This document shows, piece by piece, positions 12,217-26,080 of a stretch of 64,000 bases of DNA. The first letter of the stretch is position 1. Each line of letters opens with the position of its first letter. The notes beneath the pieces were generated by a model. That model did no database searches. It saw only the letters and a list, made by a program, of their open reading frames with translations, and had not been told where the DNA came from. Origin of the DNA: Octopus bimaculoides. Its lineage: Eukaryota. The position numbers were made by a program, and so were the translations under genes. The stretch is from contig NC_069002.1 in NCBI RefSeq assembly GCF_001194135.2, positions 34,520,360-34,584,359 on the forward strand, given 5' to 3'.

Positions 12217-13074
12217 GTGTGTGCGTGTGTTAGTGTGTAATATTTTGCCACGATTTCCGAATCAACTCTCGTTTATATTTTATACATATATTCATGTATA
12301 AATACATACACGCACGCATAGATACAAAGATATAAATTTGGCCGCATTATTCAAACAATGTCGTGGTTAAAGTATAAATCTTGGGTATGATTCTCTGGCT
12401 TATATTTTGGAATGTTCCTGTAATTCTGTACAAGTTATATATGCATCACCACCAACAAAGGAAGAAAAAAGAAGAAAAAACAATAATTTTGATATCATTT
12501 AATATCATCATAGTTTAGAAATTGTTGCGTCCAAATCACAAACGATAAACTATTTCTGTAGCTTTTCTCTTTTTTTTTTTTTTGGCAAATCAATACACAC
12601 ATTGTTTATCATTTCCAAAATTAATTTTCTGGCATTTCCTTCATTTCTACAATTTCATTCTGATTGTTTTCGACGCAACATGTGAGTCATTTGGATTCTA
12701 AGAACAGTTCAAGCTGTAAATCTTTGCACCTCATGTATTCATAATGTATGAAATTGCTTGCTGATATTCACGATGTACAATCAATTTTATATGTTTATTA
12801 TTCTATATAGAAACTTTGTTCAATACACAACTATATAAATATATATGAGCCATTGTCATTGCGCTCTTTCAAATAGTTGTGCGGATACAAGTTGCAAAAT
12901 GGAGAGCTTTTGACGAGATCTGGTGTGCTTTTCTCATTATCTGTCTATGTTTCTCTACACAATGAAGTATAACATATATATTGTGTAGCATCATTTATTC
13001 TTGACCGCTAAATTATATATAGTAAATATAATATAATGAGTATGTGTATGTGTGTGTGTGTGTGTGTGTGTAAA

Positions 13075-13285
13075 TGTGTCCGTGTTTGTTCACCATCACT
13101 CTTAGAAACCGGTGTCGGTGTGTTTACGTCCCTGTAACTTAGCGGTTAGTGACAAGAGTCCGATAGATTAACTGTCAGGCTTTGAAGTAAAAAGATACTA
13201 CCGTATATTCGTTCGACTAAAATCTTTCAAGGCGGCGCTCCAGCATGACCGCAGTCTAATCAATGAAGCGAATAAAAGATAACGA
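13075..13285 (+). mobile_element. 3' half of an octopus OR-type (CORE) SINE with CR1-like tail
   Basis: Follows (TG)n; reads GGTGTGTTTACGTCCCTGTAACTTAGCGGTT..GGCGGCGCTCCAGCATGACCGCAGTC..AATAAAAGATAA. Family name is recalled from known octopus SINEs; the tail similarity to 36646-36671 is visible in the window. Confidence 0.75.
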
Positions 13286-14126
13286 ATGCCACACAGAGTC
13301 TGAAAGAACGGATTTGTTCGAGCACCAGTGAGTAATATTTCAACAAGAAGTAATATTTTCTTCCCATGATACGATACATGTTCATATCTTTTGTTGTCCA
13401 CCGTATAAAAATTCGAAACATGGACTGCTTGGACATGACTCATACATTGTCATTCATATCTATTTTGCAAAGAGCAGTTGAAATCATTAGTAATTATCCT
13501 CAATTCAGTAGACCAATATATATGCAAATTGCGTCTGTGGAATTGTTGAAATTCTATATATTATAGGTCGTATTTTTAACGATTCACTGATGGAAAACGC
13601 TCTCGGCATTCACATATCATATAGTGTTATCTAAAACAGAAGTGATACACCCGAGGCCGAGCTACACAAAATCCAATACATAATATTACGCATCACGACA
13701 AAGGCCATAATCTGAGCCACATAAATACAGTATATTTTATCAAACACCGAAATTAAAATACAAATTTACATCCACACGTACATAATACGTACATGCATAC
13801 GTACATAGTACGCACGTGCATACGTACATAATAACTCCTCTCACACAAACACATGTACATATATTTATTATATAGGAAAATATACACAATCATCATCATC
13901 GTTGTCATCGTCATCGTCATCTCCATCATTATCATCATCACCGCCATCGTTATCATTATTAATTTGGTTTAGCTCAGGTTTGTTATTATTCCTGGTAGGA
14001 ATCATGTGGGTAGCGAGTTACTACCTGTAATCTTAGGTAACCATGACTTATCAAGTGTATTTCAAGTGCATAGAACCCTACTGATAATCGTGGCCAAAAT
14101 TTGAAATTATTATTATTATTATTATT

Positions 14127-14255
14127 GAGTGAGAGAGCAGCATATGCCATCAAAGTGACACTGGGGTCAAATACACGAAGCCTAATATACCCATCATGAC
14201 TACCTGTCTCATAAAGGTACACCAGGCACATGAATCACAACCATATGTGCGCGAC
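14127..14255 (-). mobile_element. Retroposon 3' end (family D), copy 2, with (AAT)n tail at about 14107-14126
   Basis: Aligns to 2070-2200 and to the reverse complement of 46696-46810. Confidence 0.8.
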
Positions 14256-14424
14256 AAACGCTTCTCTAAATACGAACCTGGATGATGTTCACTTGAACGG
14301 GAACTGCCCAAACAAGAGCCCCTAGTCCACTACCACACCCACCACAGAAAGACTCTACCCTAGGTGTAAGGATGACACTCTCCAAGAAACGGAAACAGGA
14401 ATGAAAGAAGATGATAATGAAAAT

Positions 14425-14477
<53 letters not shown>

Positions 14478-14704
14478 TTAAAACAGTTTTATTGGGCTCC
14501 ATGAGACTCGAAGTATAGCAGGCTTCTTTCGGAAACCTAGCTCGCCCAGGCTCAGATAACCACATAAAGAGATGCATAAAATCCAAGATAGTTACATGAT
14601 AGGGCTCATGAACATTGAAGCGTGACGCATAGTGTCCCTATAAGTGAGACTGTCATTTCAGCCACACCATACTCACTAGCAAGGAGAATTTCTTGAACCG
14701 CGTA

Positions 14705-14718
14705 TATATGTATGTGTG

Positions 14719-14752
<34 letters not shown>

Positions 14753-14786
14753 TGTATGTATGTATGTATGTATGTATGTATGTATG
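14705..14786. repeat. (TATG)n tetranucleotide microsatellite
   Basis: Read directly. Confidence 0.96.
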
Positions 14787-15148
14787 CAAACACATACCCG
14801 CGCGGTCAGAGATATGTGTTTGCGCGTGTATGTGTGTGTTCGTTTGTATATATATATATATGTGCACGTTTGTGTCGCAGTATATTCTCTACGACTAAAT
14901 AATGAAGATGTTTACTTTGCATTCCTATTACCCACTTTTCAATCACAATTCTTGCATATTGGATAAAATGTACAATGACCTACATCCAAGGCCTTGAGAC
15001 TGAAATTGGATTGACGGAATCAATTCGGAAATTAATCGTATCCTCTTATACACGTATGTCAAATGTATAGTCTTGTGAAACAGTGTGACGTTCCTAAAAC
15101 ACTTTAACTAAATACACTTTAACTAAATACGCATGAAGTTTAATTATA

Positions 15149-15600
15149 CAGGGTGTCCACAAAGTCTGGGTACATGGGGATTAACACATACTTTAAGAAA
15201 TTATATTTAATTGTTTATGATTTTATTTACACCATGTACCCACATGGGGACTAACACATACTTTAAGAAATTATTATTTCTTATATTTAATTGTTTATGT
15301 TATGATTTTATTTACTCCATGTACCCACATGGGGACTAACACATACTTTAAGAAATTATTATTTCTTATATTTAATTGTTTATGTTATGATTTTATTTAC
15401 TCCATGTACCGACAGGGGGACTAACACATACTTTAAGAAATAATTATTTCGTATATTTAATTGTTTATGTTATGATTTTATTTCCTCCATGTACCCACAT
15501 GGGGATTAACACATACTTTAAGAAATTATTATTTCTTATATTTAATTGTTTATGTTATGATTTTATTTACTCCATATACTCAGACCTTGTGGACACCCTG
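15149..15600. mobile_element. Tc1/mariner-type MITE containing five tandem copies of an 85-bp unit
   Basis: TA at 15147-15148 and 15601-15602. TIRs CAGGGTGTCCACAAAGTCTGGGTACATGGGG versus CAGGGTGTCCACAAGGTCTGAGTATATGGAG (27 of 31 identical). Units start at 15172 (70 bp, internally deleted), 15242, 15327, 15412 and 15497. Confidence 0.93.
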
Positions 15601-17486
15601 TAGAAACAATAGAAAATAGGGCGGGATTGATTGCAGTTTTTATTTTCCTAACATTCTTCGAAAGACAATTATAAAACCAAGGCTATGATACAAGAGGATT
15701 ACCCGAAAAATTGACGATAGAAGATGACTTTTATCAATGTTCCAAATTTATCACTTGAAAATAAACACATTACATATGGCGAAATGTCCAGAAGCATATA
15801 TTCAGTTCTATCTTTCATAATTTCTCTAATTTTCTTTAATATCCGTTAATTTTCAGAAGAAATTTGTTTCCTTTAACATATAACTTTCTCTTTGTGTCTG
15901 CATTGATTTCAGATGAATGTCAAAAAGCTAAGCAATATCACGAATGCAAGTTATATTCATAATTAATATTTTTTTTATTAATTCATCAGGAACTAATTAT
16001 GCCATTTTCCGTCCATCGTGATTTATTTTAATATATATTTTTTTCTCTATGCTATTGTATATTTATTTTTCTTTTAAACTTTCCCACGATTTCACTACGT
16101 GAGTAGACAACAAATTTTTTCAAGTATGTATTTTTCTACTTGTCCATTCAGGTCCACTTCAGACAATTTTTTTCATTCAACTACACTTTAATTGAAATTC
16201 CCCGATAAATATCAATGTTCAATTACTCTTGTATATACGAGTAAAACGCTTCTATTTTCAGTATTTAAAAATACAAGTAAGATAAATATTTTTATCTTGA
16301 CTTCTAATCAAAAACTTATTTTAATTCAATAATTGATAATTGAGCCAGTAATAGATATATTTTTCCTTGTTGATATAGCTTTTAATGTCGCCTGATTTTA
16401 GGGGAGAGAGAAAACGAGAAGGTGTATGTTTCAGCAAATTATAAGGCGTGTGTTTGAGTTTAGGGGAGTCACTTTAAATATTTTGTTGTTTGTTATATAT
16501 GGTGTTTCAAATAAGTTATATTGATTTGACATGAATGTCCTAAAGTCAGTGTACTATTTCAGCTGACCGTCGGTGCCCAATGATTAGCTCACATGTTGAG
16601 GTTTGGCGTAAATTGCTCCCTGGTTGCATCTAACCAGATCCGCAATCGGCTAATGCAACGACATAGTTTCAGTGGTATTAAATAATGGAAAATATGTCAA
16701 TTTCCAAACATTATGTCCAGGCCTCAAAACCAACGATTGAAAGGAATAGTAGTCAGTCGTCTGATTTCTAGATGGAAGGAAATCGGAAATATAAGTTACA
16801 GACCAAAGACACATAAGATAAGGTATTCTTCGACAGTGTTGAAGCCCCAGGTTAACGTTGTTAAACCATAGTCTCTTGTCTTTTCCCGCTACCACCTCTC
16901 TAATAGCACTCGTCACCAGCATCTCACTTCTATTTGACTTCCTTCATTTTTCATTTTTCCTATTCTCTTGTCATTTCGTTTTATCATCATCCTCACCCTC
17001 TTCATCATCATCATTATCATCAGCATCGTGATAACCGCAAATAATTAGGTTTTCTGCTTTCATTTGAAAATCCCGTGGAAAATTTACGGGATTTTCTATT
17101 GTTACGCTTCTTTTTAACGTTTAAATTTCATTCTTCATGTGATTACAATTTAATAACAAAAATCAGCATCGATGAAATGTAATAAAACCATGATTATCCG
17201 ATTGTTTACATTCATGAGAAGTTAATAATATGCGATTGGTATTTAAAAGAGTCAACAGAATTCATTTTATTGGAAATGGAAGTGAACATTGTGTGATAAC
17301 GAAATATAATAATGTCATTATGTTAATTGAAATTACACGTTCAGCAATTTATGTGGGAATCTCATAGAGTTACGAGAGAACGGATGTTTTACAGGGAAGC
17401 TTTCCCGCGGCATGGATGGTGGTTCAGCGTTCACTCGCACGATTGAGCTATCACATATTTCAGGCATATATGCACACGCGTGTTTG

Positions 17487-17525
<39 letters not shown>

Positions 17526-17927
17526 NNNNNNNNNNNNNNNNNNNNNNNNNNNNNNNNNNNNNNNNNNNNNNNNNNNNNNNNNNNNNNNNNNNNNNNNNNN
17601 NNNNNNNNNNNNNNNNNNNNNNNNNNNNNNNNNNNNNNNNNNNNNNNNNNNNNNNNNNNNNNNNNTTATTTAACTGATACCCCTAAAACGACATCATTGC
17701 TTCATAACCATCCATAAAAGAGTGTATGTATATGTTGTGTGTGTGCATGTAGATATGTATGAGCGATTGTATTTACTTTTGTGTTTGTAAAATTTTATGT
17801 GAATACAAACAACCGTTCTTAAAATTCAATGGCTTTTTGATTGCAGAAATTGTGTGAATTGAAATTTAATGTCACCACATAGAAAAAGAATGAATAAGAT
17901 ATGAGAGTCAATGACAAACTAAATATG

Positions 17928-17929
<2 letters not shown>

Positions 17930-18002
<73 letters not shown>

Positions 18003-18060
18003 CAACAACAACAACAAGAACAATAATAATAACAATAATAGTATTGGTGATGATAATAAA
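17930..18060. repeat. (AAT)n microsatellite
   Basis: Read directly. Confidence 0.96.
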
Positions 18061-18996
18061 TGTAATACTAGTTAACAATCAAAGAAGAAATGATATTATT
18101 GGCAAATGCACAACAACAAAATTTCAAATCATAAATAGCTATTTAAAATTATATTTTCAATTTTCATTCAAAATCGTTTTTTTTCTTCTTTTTTTATACC
18201 GATGCATTGAAACAAACATTCCTTAAAAGAAACGTGTTTAAAGGCAACCAATTTTTCTGTTTTGAAATTATTTGCAAAAGTGCATATTATTTAGCTAAAT
18301 GTAGTGATGGAGATTGTATAAATACACGATCGTTTCCACTATTAAAAATAGCTCCCGTTTTGATAAAATATATTTAAAGCTATGTATTGTATTATTTCTG
18401 TCTTTCATCATGTGTTCTTCAAAACTGAACGTCTTCACAATCGCTCAGTCTTAAAAAATAGCAACCACATATCACTAAAATCACACACTATTGTCTCTAA
18501 GGAATAGTGATATAGTGAGTATATATTACTTGGTACACACATAGCTCTGTGATCAGAGGTTCTTTCGCTCAAATTTAATCACGTGTTGGAAAGAACCATG
18601 TATTAACCCGAAGGACTACGATTTTACATGTTCTTCATTTACGCTTAATAGTAGTATAATCCTCCATTCTCATTATTTCCATTTATATCATGAGCTCTAC
18701 ATAACTTTTTTTGCAAATAACCACGGCCTCTTTCTACGCTAGAAGAAAAATTAAATCACTGAATATATACTTGAAAAACGCTGATAAATAATTGTAATCT
18801 TGAGCGTTTATAGTCGTCACAAATATCCCCTGTGCAAGGAACACGTTAGGAAGGTAATACAACACGGAGCAGAAAAACAAATATATATACTATTAATACA
18901 ACAATCAGTTTTAAACGAATTCGACTAACTATATAAATCAGACACCGATAAATGCATACAGAATGCAAATCCAAGGTAATTCCCAATGTATGGTAA

Positions 18997-19032
<36 letters not shown>

Positions 19033-19785
19033 GCATACACATGAATGTATATTTATATATATATATACATGCATACACATGAATGTATATATATATATAT
19101 ATGTATGTAAATATTTATATATATACGCATACATACACATGAATGTATCNNNNNNNNNNGATAGATAGATACAAAAAAGAGACATACCAAGAACTCGTTT
19201 ACACAAAATCAGCTGGATTTTTACTTTGAAATTACAGAAACTTTGCTGAAGGGCGACAAAATATTTTCAGATAAAAGAGTGTACTACTGGGAAATAGAAT
19301 AATGAGAAAATAACGCATCTGTATTTAATAATGACTGAAGTATATCTTCCATAGCTTTATATATTTTCTTAAATCAACAGACGGTCTTATTTCAAGCGAT
19401 TTGTCAAATGAATATTACAGTGAAATACATATAAACCATAGCGTAATTAGCTAATAATACGTACACTTATAACACACACACACACACATATTAACTCTTA
19501 TTTATAGTTATACGATATAGGAGGAAGGTATTTTTTCATAAGATGACTAAAAATAATAAGACATCTATTTTCTTTTAAAATGTTTGCAAAGCTTCATTAA
19601 TATAATTTCGCTTTCCTTTGTGATCAAATTTTCATACTTTCATTTTGCAATCTGTAGTAGTAATTTTTGAAATCCTTCTATTAATAATGCATAATTTAGT
19701 AGCATAGTATTTGTCTGTTGTTACATTTTTCCCAAACCATAATCTATTTTATATGAAGCATCCTGTTATATATATATATATATAC

Positions 19786-19817
<32 letters not shown>

Positions 19818-21584
19818 NNNNNNNNNNNNNNNNNNNNNNNNNNNNNNNNNNNNNNNNNNNNNNNNNNNNNNNNNNNNNNNNNNNNNNNNNNNNNNNNNNN
19901 NNNNNNNNNNNNNNNNNNNNNNNNNNNNNNNNNNNNNNNNNNNNNNNNNNNNNNNNNNNNNNNNNNNNNNNNNNNNNNNNNNNNNNNNNNNNNNNNNNNN
20001 NNNNNNNNNNNNNNNNNNNNNNNNNNNNNNNNNNNNNNNNNNNNNNNNNNNNNNNNNNNNNNNNNNNNNNNNNNNNNNNNNNNNNNNNNNNNNNNNNNNN
20101 NNNNNNNNNNNNNNNNNNNNNNNNNNNNNNNNNNNNNNNNNNNNNNNNNNNNNNNNNNNNNNNNNNNNNNNNNNNNNNNNNNNNNNNNNNNNNNNNNNNN
20201 NNNNNNNNNNNNNNNNNNNNNNNNNNNNNNNNNNNNNNNNNNNNNNNNNNNNNNNNNNNNNNNNNNNNNNNNNNNNNNNNNNNNNNNNNNNNNNNNNNNN
20301 NNNNNNNNNNNNNNNNNNNNNNNNNNNNNNNNNNNNNNNNNNNNNNNNNNNNNNNNNNNNNNNNNNNNNNNNNNNNNNNNNNNNNNNNNNNNNNNNNNNN
20401 NNNNNNNNNNNNNNNNNNNNNNNNNNNNNNNNNNNNNNNNNNNNNNNNNNNNNNNNNNNNNNNNNNNNNNNNNNNNNNNNNNNNNNNNNNNNNNNNNNNN
20501 NNNNNTATATACACATACATATGTCTGTAGATATATACACACCACAAACGTGTGTGCACTTACAGATATATACGTTTTTGTCACTAATTTGTAAGAAATA
20601 ATGACTAATTTTATCAGATCTTTGCAATTGATCCGCCTTTCGACTCCCATTTTATATACGCCATATGTCATAACTAATCTTTACGCTGATGCTTAACCAT
20701 GAAAGAACATACGTATGCATACGCGCCCATAAGCACACATATGTAAGTGCGTTGTTTAGACATGCATATACCTTTAATATATATAATATAGGTTAGTAGA
20801 TAGATTGATAGACAGACAGGTGGATAAATATATCTTGTTTTCGCTGCGGTATGTTTGTATTGTTTTCAGCAAGTTAATCATCGCAACACCAACTGATGAT
20901 GTGCTCAAGGCACCAAACTTCTTAGAATGGCAACCAATCAACTGATTCGCACAAAGAATATTTATATTTTTTGTTTCCTGTAGACATAGCGTCTAGATTT
21001 TGCTGTGTTTGTCAACGAAGTTTTGATTTATAAATATATCACAAGATGAATTTCTTTTCTTTAATTGTCCAGGGAATAAAAATGCGTCATACGTTCAAGA
21101 CATGTTGTCTCATGGTTAACTATCAACCTGGTTAACATCATTACTTCTTTACACTCGCGCAGATAATGTATTTTGTTGTCATTCCTTAACAGTAGCATAG
21201 CCTATATTTCTCCTGTTTTAAATTTACCTTACCATTTTCATATAATTCATATTTAATTCGCAATGCCATCATCGTCGTCGTCATAATCATCCTCCTCATC
21301 TTTATCAACATCATCAGCATCACCATCATCTGCATCATCATCATCATTTTCGTGGTCGTCGTTGGAGCTTCGAGAAGATGTCCTCGTGCAGAATTATTTC
21401 CGTTCCATTAAGTTTTAATGTCGAATAAGGCCGGATTCACCTTTGATTCTTAATCACTCCGGAGATGGTGAAATGTAAAGTCCCGGTTTTGTAGAGACCA
21501 TTGTAATTTCTACGCTCATTGAACTCAAAATTGTTGACTTTGTCTCTAAATTTCAAACGATTATTGTAGCTGTTGTTGCTTTCA

Positions 21585-21636
21585 GTAGTAGTAGTAGTGA
21601 AAGTAGTAGTTGTAGTGAAAGTAATAGTAGTAGTGA

Positions 21637-21686
<50 letters not shown>

Positions 21687-21687
21687 A

Positions 21688-21741
<54 letters not shown>

Positions 21742-21838
21742 CAGTATTGGTGGTGGTGGCAGTAGTAGTAGTGTTGGTGATGGTGTTAGTTGTAGTAGTA
21801 GGAACATCAGCTGTAGCATCAGCAGTAGCAGCATCAGC

Positions 21839-21882
<44 letters not shown>
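21585..21882. repeat. (TAG)n compound microsatellite
   Basis: Read directly. Confidence 0.96.
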
Positions 21883-21884
<2 letters not shown>

Positions 21885-22074
21885 AGGGGATTGGCTGATG
21901 GTTGCGAAATCATAAGATCGTCTGATAAATTAGCTTTGCTTGTTTTTCCAGTAATTACAATCTGATTTCCAGTTACGAGATCAAGTAGTAAAATGCGAAC
22001 AATTTGGAATGAATGGAAATAACAAAACAATTACCATTAAAATTGTTGCTAATTATTATTATTGTATGCTGACT

Positions 22075-22180
22075 AACGCGGTGAACTGGCGGAATCAACC
22101 GCCGGGGTCGACTGCGCTTTTCATAATTTCGGTTTCGATAAAAGAAGTAGCAACGGATCACTGGGGACAATTTAATCTAC
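22075..22180 (+). mobile_element. Nin/Deu-domain SINE, degenerate partial
   Basis: GCCGGGGTCGACTGCGCTTTTCATAATTTCGGTTTCGATAAAA resembles the core. Confidence 0.65.
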
Positions 22181-22658
22181 GTAATAATAATGAAGATGAA
22201 ATAAATAATGGGTGTGCATGATTGAAAATAGATGACCATTCCCAAGTCAAACAATATGTGTTTCATCACACATTTGCACATCAAGAATCTTGCAAAACAT
22301 ACATAAAACCTTTAATAAATAATTTAAATGAAAAACAGCAGAAAACATTAAAAAATTGTAGTAATGTACATTACATTCGGATATAGACAAGTATTGAATG
22401 ATATTGTATACACGGAGTACAAACAAATCATATTTCTTTTATAAACGTATTTCGTAGAGAATAATTCGTTTCCCCACGTCAAAATTCTCAAAAATAGGGT
22501 GGCTGCAACGAAATTTTGCTAGGGTTATTGATAGAGATATGTAAATTATGATTCCCCACGAATATATTTCAATGTAAATTAAAAACACCAGTATATTTAA
22601 AATGATAATGTTTAACATTACAACTACAGCTCCTAATAGAAATATGTTTCGGTTTCAG

Positions 22659-22746
22659 ATAATCTAAATTGCGTGAATCAAATATATGTTTCGATAATAT
22701 TTTTATAATGAGGTTCTTCTTATCTGCTATATTTATATGTGTATTG
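22659..22746 (+). CDS. Candidate first coding exon with signal-peptide start MRFFLSAIFICVL (ATG at 22708)
   Basis: Acceptor TTTCGGTTTCAG| at 22658, then ATG and 13 mostly hydrophobic codons, then donor TTG|GTAAAT (phase 0). No homology support. Confidence 0.35.
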
Positions 22747-23518
22747 GTAAATGTACAAATGTAAATGAAGCAAATAATTATTTAAATTATGGTTAGAGAG
22801 AAAATGATAAGAAAAGTCGATATTGTACAGACTGTCTTATTCTACGACCTAAGAAAGAGAAAATAATAATATAAAAACAATATTTTAAAAATTAGCTTTA
22901 GGACCCAGGAGGAAAGAACTTAAGGAAGTAGTAAAAGAAAAATATGAGAGACTAGTGGAGTACTTATAATTGGAATAGCATATAAATTAGAAGAGAAAAG
23001 AATAGGGATAGAATATATTAATAAATTAAGCATTGTCGTTGATAAACTAATGCTATTTATATTTCTATCAGAAGTTCTACGACAAAACTGTCATATAATG
23101 ATATAAGACATATAATCACACATACACACGCGCACCACACAGACACAGACACACTCACAAATACATATATACATGTATATTGTTTGTATATGTGTGTGCA
23201 TATGTATTCCTTGGAGTAGTGTTGTTTGTTGCGTTGAGTTGATGTGTTGTATGAAGACCTTAGAGATTTAGTTTTATATTCGAAAATATTAGGTGGAGTG
23301 GAGTGAATAGGAAATTAAATACAAGGTTAATACGAAATTTATTCAGGAAATAATCAGATGGTATGTGCTTGGGGACCAGTTTGAATTTTATGAGACACTA
23401 TGCTACGGAAGAGTAAATAAAAACCTGAATATTGATGTTTAATAGGAAAAACTTATTCAAATTTATAAGTAAATTACATAAGGAGTGGGAGGTATGCAGT
23501 TTAACAGTGGTTTCAGAT

Positions 23519-23975
23519 TTTAGCACAAGGCAAGAGATTTCGGGGAAGAGGCTGTGTAGAATTTTTCGACCCCAGTTTTCAATTCTTACTTATTTTATCA
23601 ACCTCGAAATGCTGAACGGCAAAGTCAACCTCGGCGGAATGTTAATAACGTAAGGACGGAGGAAAAGCATGCTAACGATTTTGCTTGCTAGCCAAATTCA
23701 CCTAGTTTAATATTGATTTCGAATTTTGGCACAAGGCCAGCATTTCCGAGTAGGACCTAAGTCGATTACATTGAACCCAGTGTTCAACAAGTACGTATTT
23801 CATTGGCCCCCAAAATGATGCAGGTAAGCATTTTGCCAGGCGTCTTATCTATTCTGCCACCCCGAAGCCTTAAATATAGGGCGGCGAGTTGGCAGAAGAG
23901 TCCAAATTCCGCCGAGCTCGACTCTGCCTTTCATCCTTTCTGGGTCGATAAAATAAGTTCCAGTCGATCTACTCA
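23519..23975. mobile_element. Cluster of three Nin/Deu-domain SINEs (23519-23693 minus, 23719-23863 minus, 23879-23975 plus with internal deletion)
   Basis: Core motifs CAAAGTCAACCTCGGCGGAAT, GGCACAAGGCCAGCA and GGCGGCGAGTTGGCAGAA..CTGCCTTTCATCCTTTCTGGGTCGATAAAATAAG. Confidence 0.85.
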
Positions 23976-24720
23976 CCTATCCGTTCCCTCGAAATACTTG
24001 GTCCCGTATAAGAATAGCAATATTTCAAAATCGTCTGCTACTCAATCGTAAAATGATCCATAATATCAAGCGTATAGAATTAGGCACCTAAACGAGTAAT
24101 CGTGAAAATGACAGACGGATCATCTGTCCAACAATTTAGCTCTCGTCTTTTATCGATTCAAACAGTTTCCATCTTTTTAGCTCGTGAGGTATTTACAAAC
24201 TGCTTCATGGTATATAATTTGTATAAAACGGATGACAATATAGTTTATTAGTATTTCCACATTATATTTTGAATAACTAACCGAAGCATTTAACCACTAA
24301 ATCCATTTAATTCCTATTCCTGCCTTCCATGTATATTCGTTATTTATTCTCAATCTGCCACAGGATTCCAACTCCACACTGCTTCCATTTTACTATAAGA
24401 CTAAAATTGCAATATTCGCTGTAATGAATCATTCTCTTCGATCTTCAATTATGATAAAAAAAATTAAGCAATGATTTTCAACACTTTCAATATAACTTTG
24501 AGAAGAAAAAATCTGTAATGAAGCTGCACTTTTAATTACATTTTAATTACGTTCACACGCGCTACATCTTTCTTTTCATGAGAATATATANNNNNNNNNN
24601 NNNNNNNNNNNNNNNNNNNNNNNNNNNNNNNNNNNNNNNNNNNNNNNNNNNNNNNNNNNNNNNNNNNNNNNNNNNNNNNNNNNNNNNNNNNNTATATATA
24701 TATATATATATCACACGGAT

Positions 24721-25080
24721 TATTTGGCACAAGACCAGCAAGTTCAGGGGAGAAAGCTGGCCAATCTTATCAAAGATAATATTCAACTGGAACTTATTTT
24801 AACGACTCAAAAGAATGAAAAGCAAAATCAACCTCGGCGTAATTTGAACTCAGAACACTTTGAAGCTCGTACTTTTCTAGGCGTGCTAACGATTCTACCA
24901 GCTGATCGCCTTATATGCATGTAAAAGTGGTTAAAGATTATGGCACAAGGGCAGCAATTTAGGAGGCTGGAAAAGTCGATTACATACTGTTACACATTTG
25001 CTGGATTCCGAAAGGATGAAAAGCAAAGCTGACCTCAGTGGAATTTGAACTCAGAACGTAGAGATGGATGAAATGCTGGC
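24721..25080 (-). mobile_element. Two Nin/Deu-domain SINEs (24721-24913 and about 24938-25080)
   Basis: Both contain GAAAAGCAAA..ACCTC.G.G.AATTTGAACTCAGAAC. Confidence 0.85.
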
Positions 25081-25918
25081 CTTGTACCTAAAATATTTCA
25101 ACCAGTACGAAAACAGCTTTCTTCTCACTTATCATATCATCGCATTACATTGTAACTTTCAGTCTTTAAGACTCCTTTGATAGTATGCATGAACAAATGT
25201 TTTCAGTTGCATATTACATGTGTTAAACCAGAATTCCTCATTATAATTTAGTAATCTTAATACACAATTATTTACACAATCAAACTACCAGCTACTCTTA
25301 CCCCTAAATAATTCTAATTTCATTTTTATTTTATTTTATATATTTTACTTGTAACTGATACTCTCAGGTTTAACCCCTCATAAGTCCCTTCGGCTACAGC
25401 ATTTGTGTATCTTTTCAGCAAACAAACTTCTTGGTGCTTTCCAAAATAATGTTTCTTTTTCATGTTATAATTTGTCTTTCGCTTTGTTTTTCAAACTAAA
25501 TATTTGAAAAGATATTGTTTTGTTTCTTGTATTTCCTCTCATACCCTCATATATGCTCAACCTTTTAAAGTGCTACATTTAGCAATTTTATGTGATATCG
25601 ACTTTTCTTATCACATTCAGTCTAACCATAATTTAAATAATTATTTGCATAATTTAACATCACACATGTAATATAGGGTGGTATTAAATGTTATAAAGAG
25701 TAGTATTAAGATATATGTGCTTATCAAAGGAAATTTCGAAGCCTATAATAATTATAAATACATCTTAATTATAGGAATGCTCTTCAAACATCTAACCAAA
25801 CAATTTGGAAGGCATTCATTATTTGGGATTATAATTAAAGTGTGAGACAAAAGAAACAGCGGAGTTTTCATTTCCTACAGTCTCTTAGTAATATTGAAAT
25901 GTTAAAATCATATATAAC

Positions 25919-26080
25919 AAGGCGGCCAGCTGTCAGAGAGAAGACCGAGGAAAACGATTCGTAGCATATCGTACGACTTAATGCACCGATTTCACATGTA
26001 GTCGGAGTCGCATTTGTCTTTCAATATTCCGAGGCCAATAAAATAAACACCAGTTGACCACTGGAGTCGATGAAATCGAC
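25919..26080 (+). mobile_element. Nin/Deu-domain SINE, highly degenerate
   Basis: AAGGCGGCCAGCTGTCAGA head and CCAGTTGACCACTGGAGTCGATGAAATCGAC 3' part. Confidence 0.6.

Noticed and set aside
15172-15581. 85-bp array as a CRISPR array
   Set aside because: The units are near-identical along their full length with no unique spacers, lie inside transposon TIRs, and no cas genes are present in this eukaryotic DNA.
16751-16795. VSRLISRWKEIGNISYRP resembling a Tc1 helix-turn-helix
   Set aside because: Short, with no DDE motifs or TIRs recognised nearby.
20893-20918. CTGATGA-T-GTGC-TCAAG-GCAC-CAAAC hammerhead-like motif
   Set aside because: GAAA is replaced by CAAA, and neither stem I nor stem III with an NUH site can be formed.
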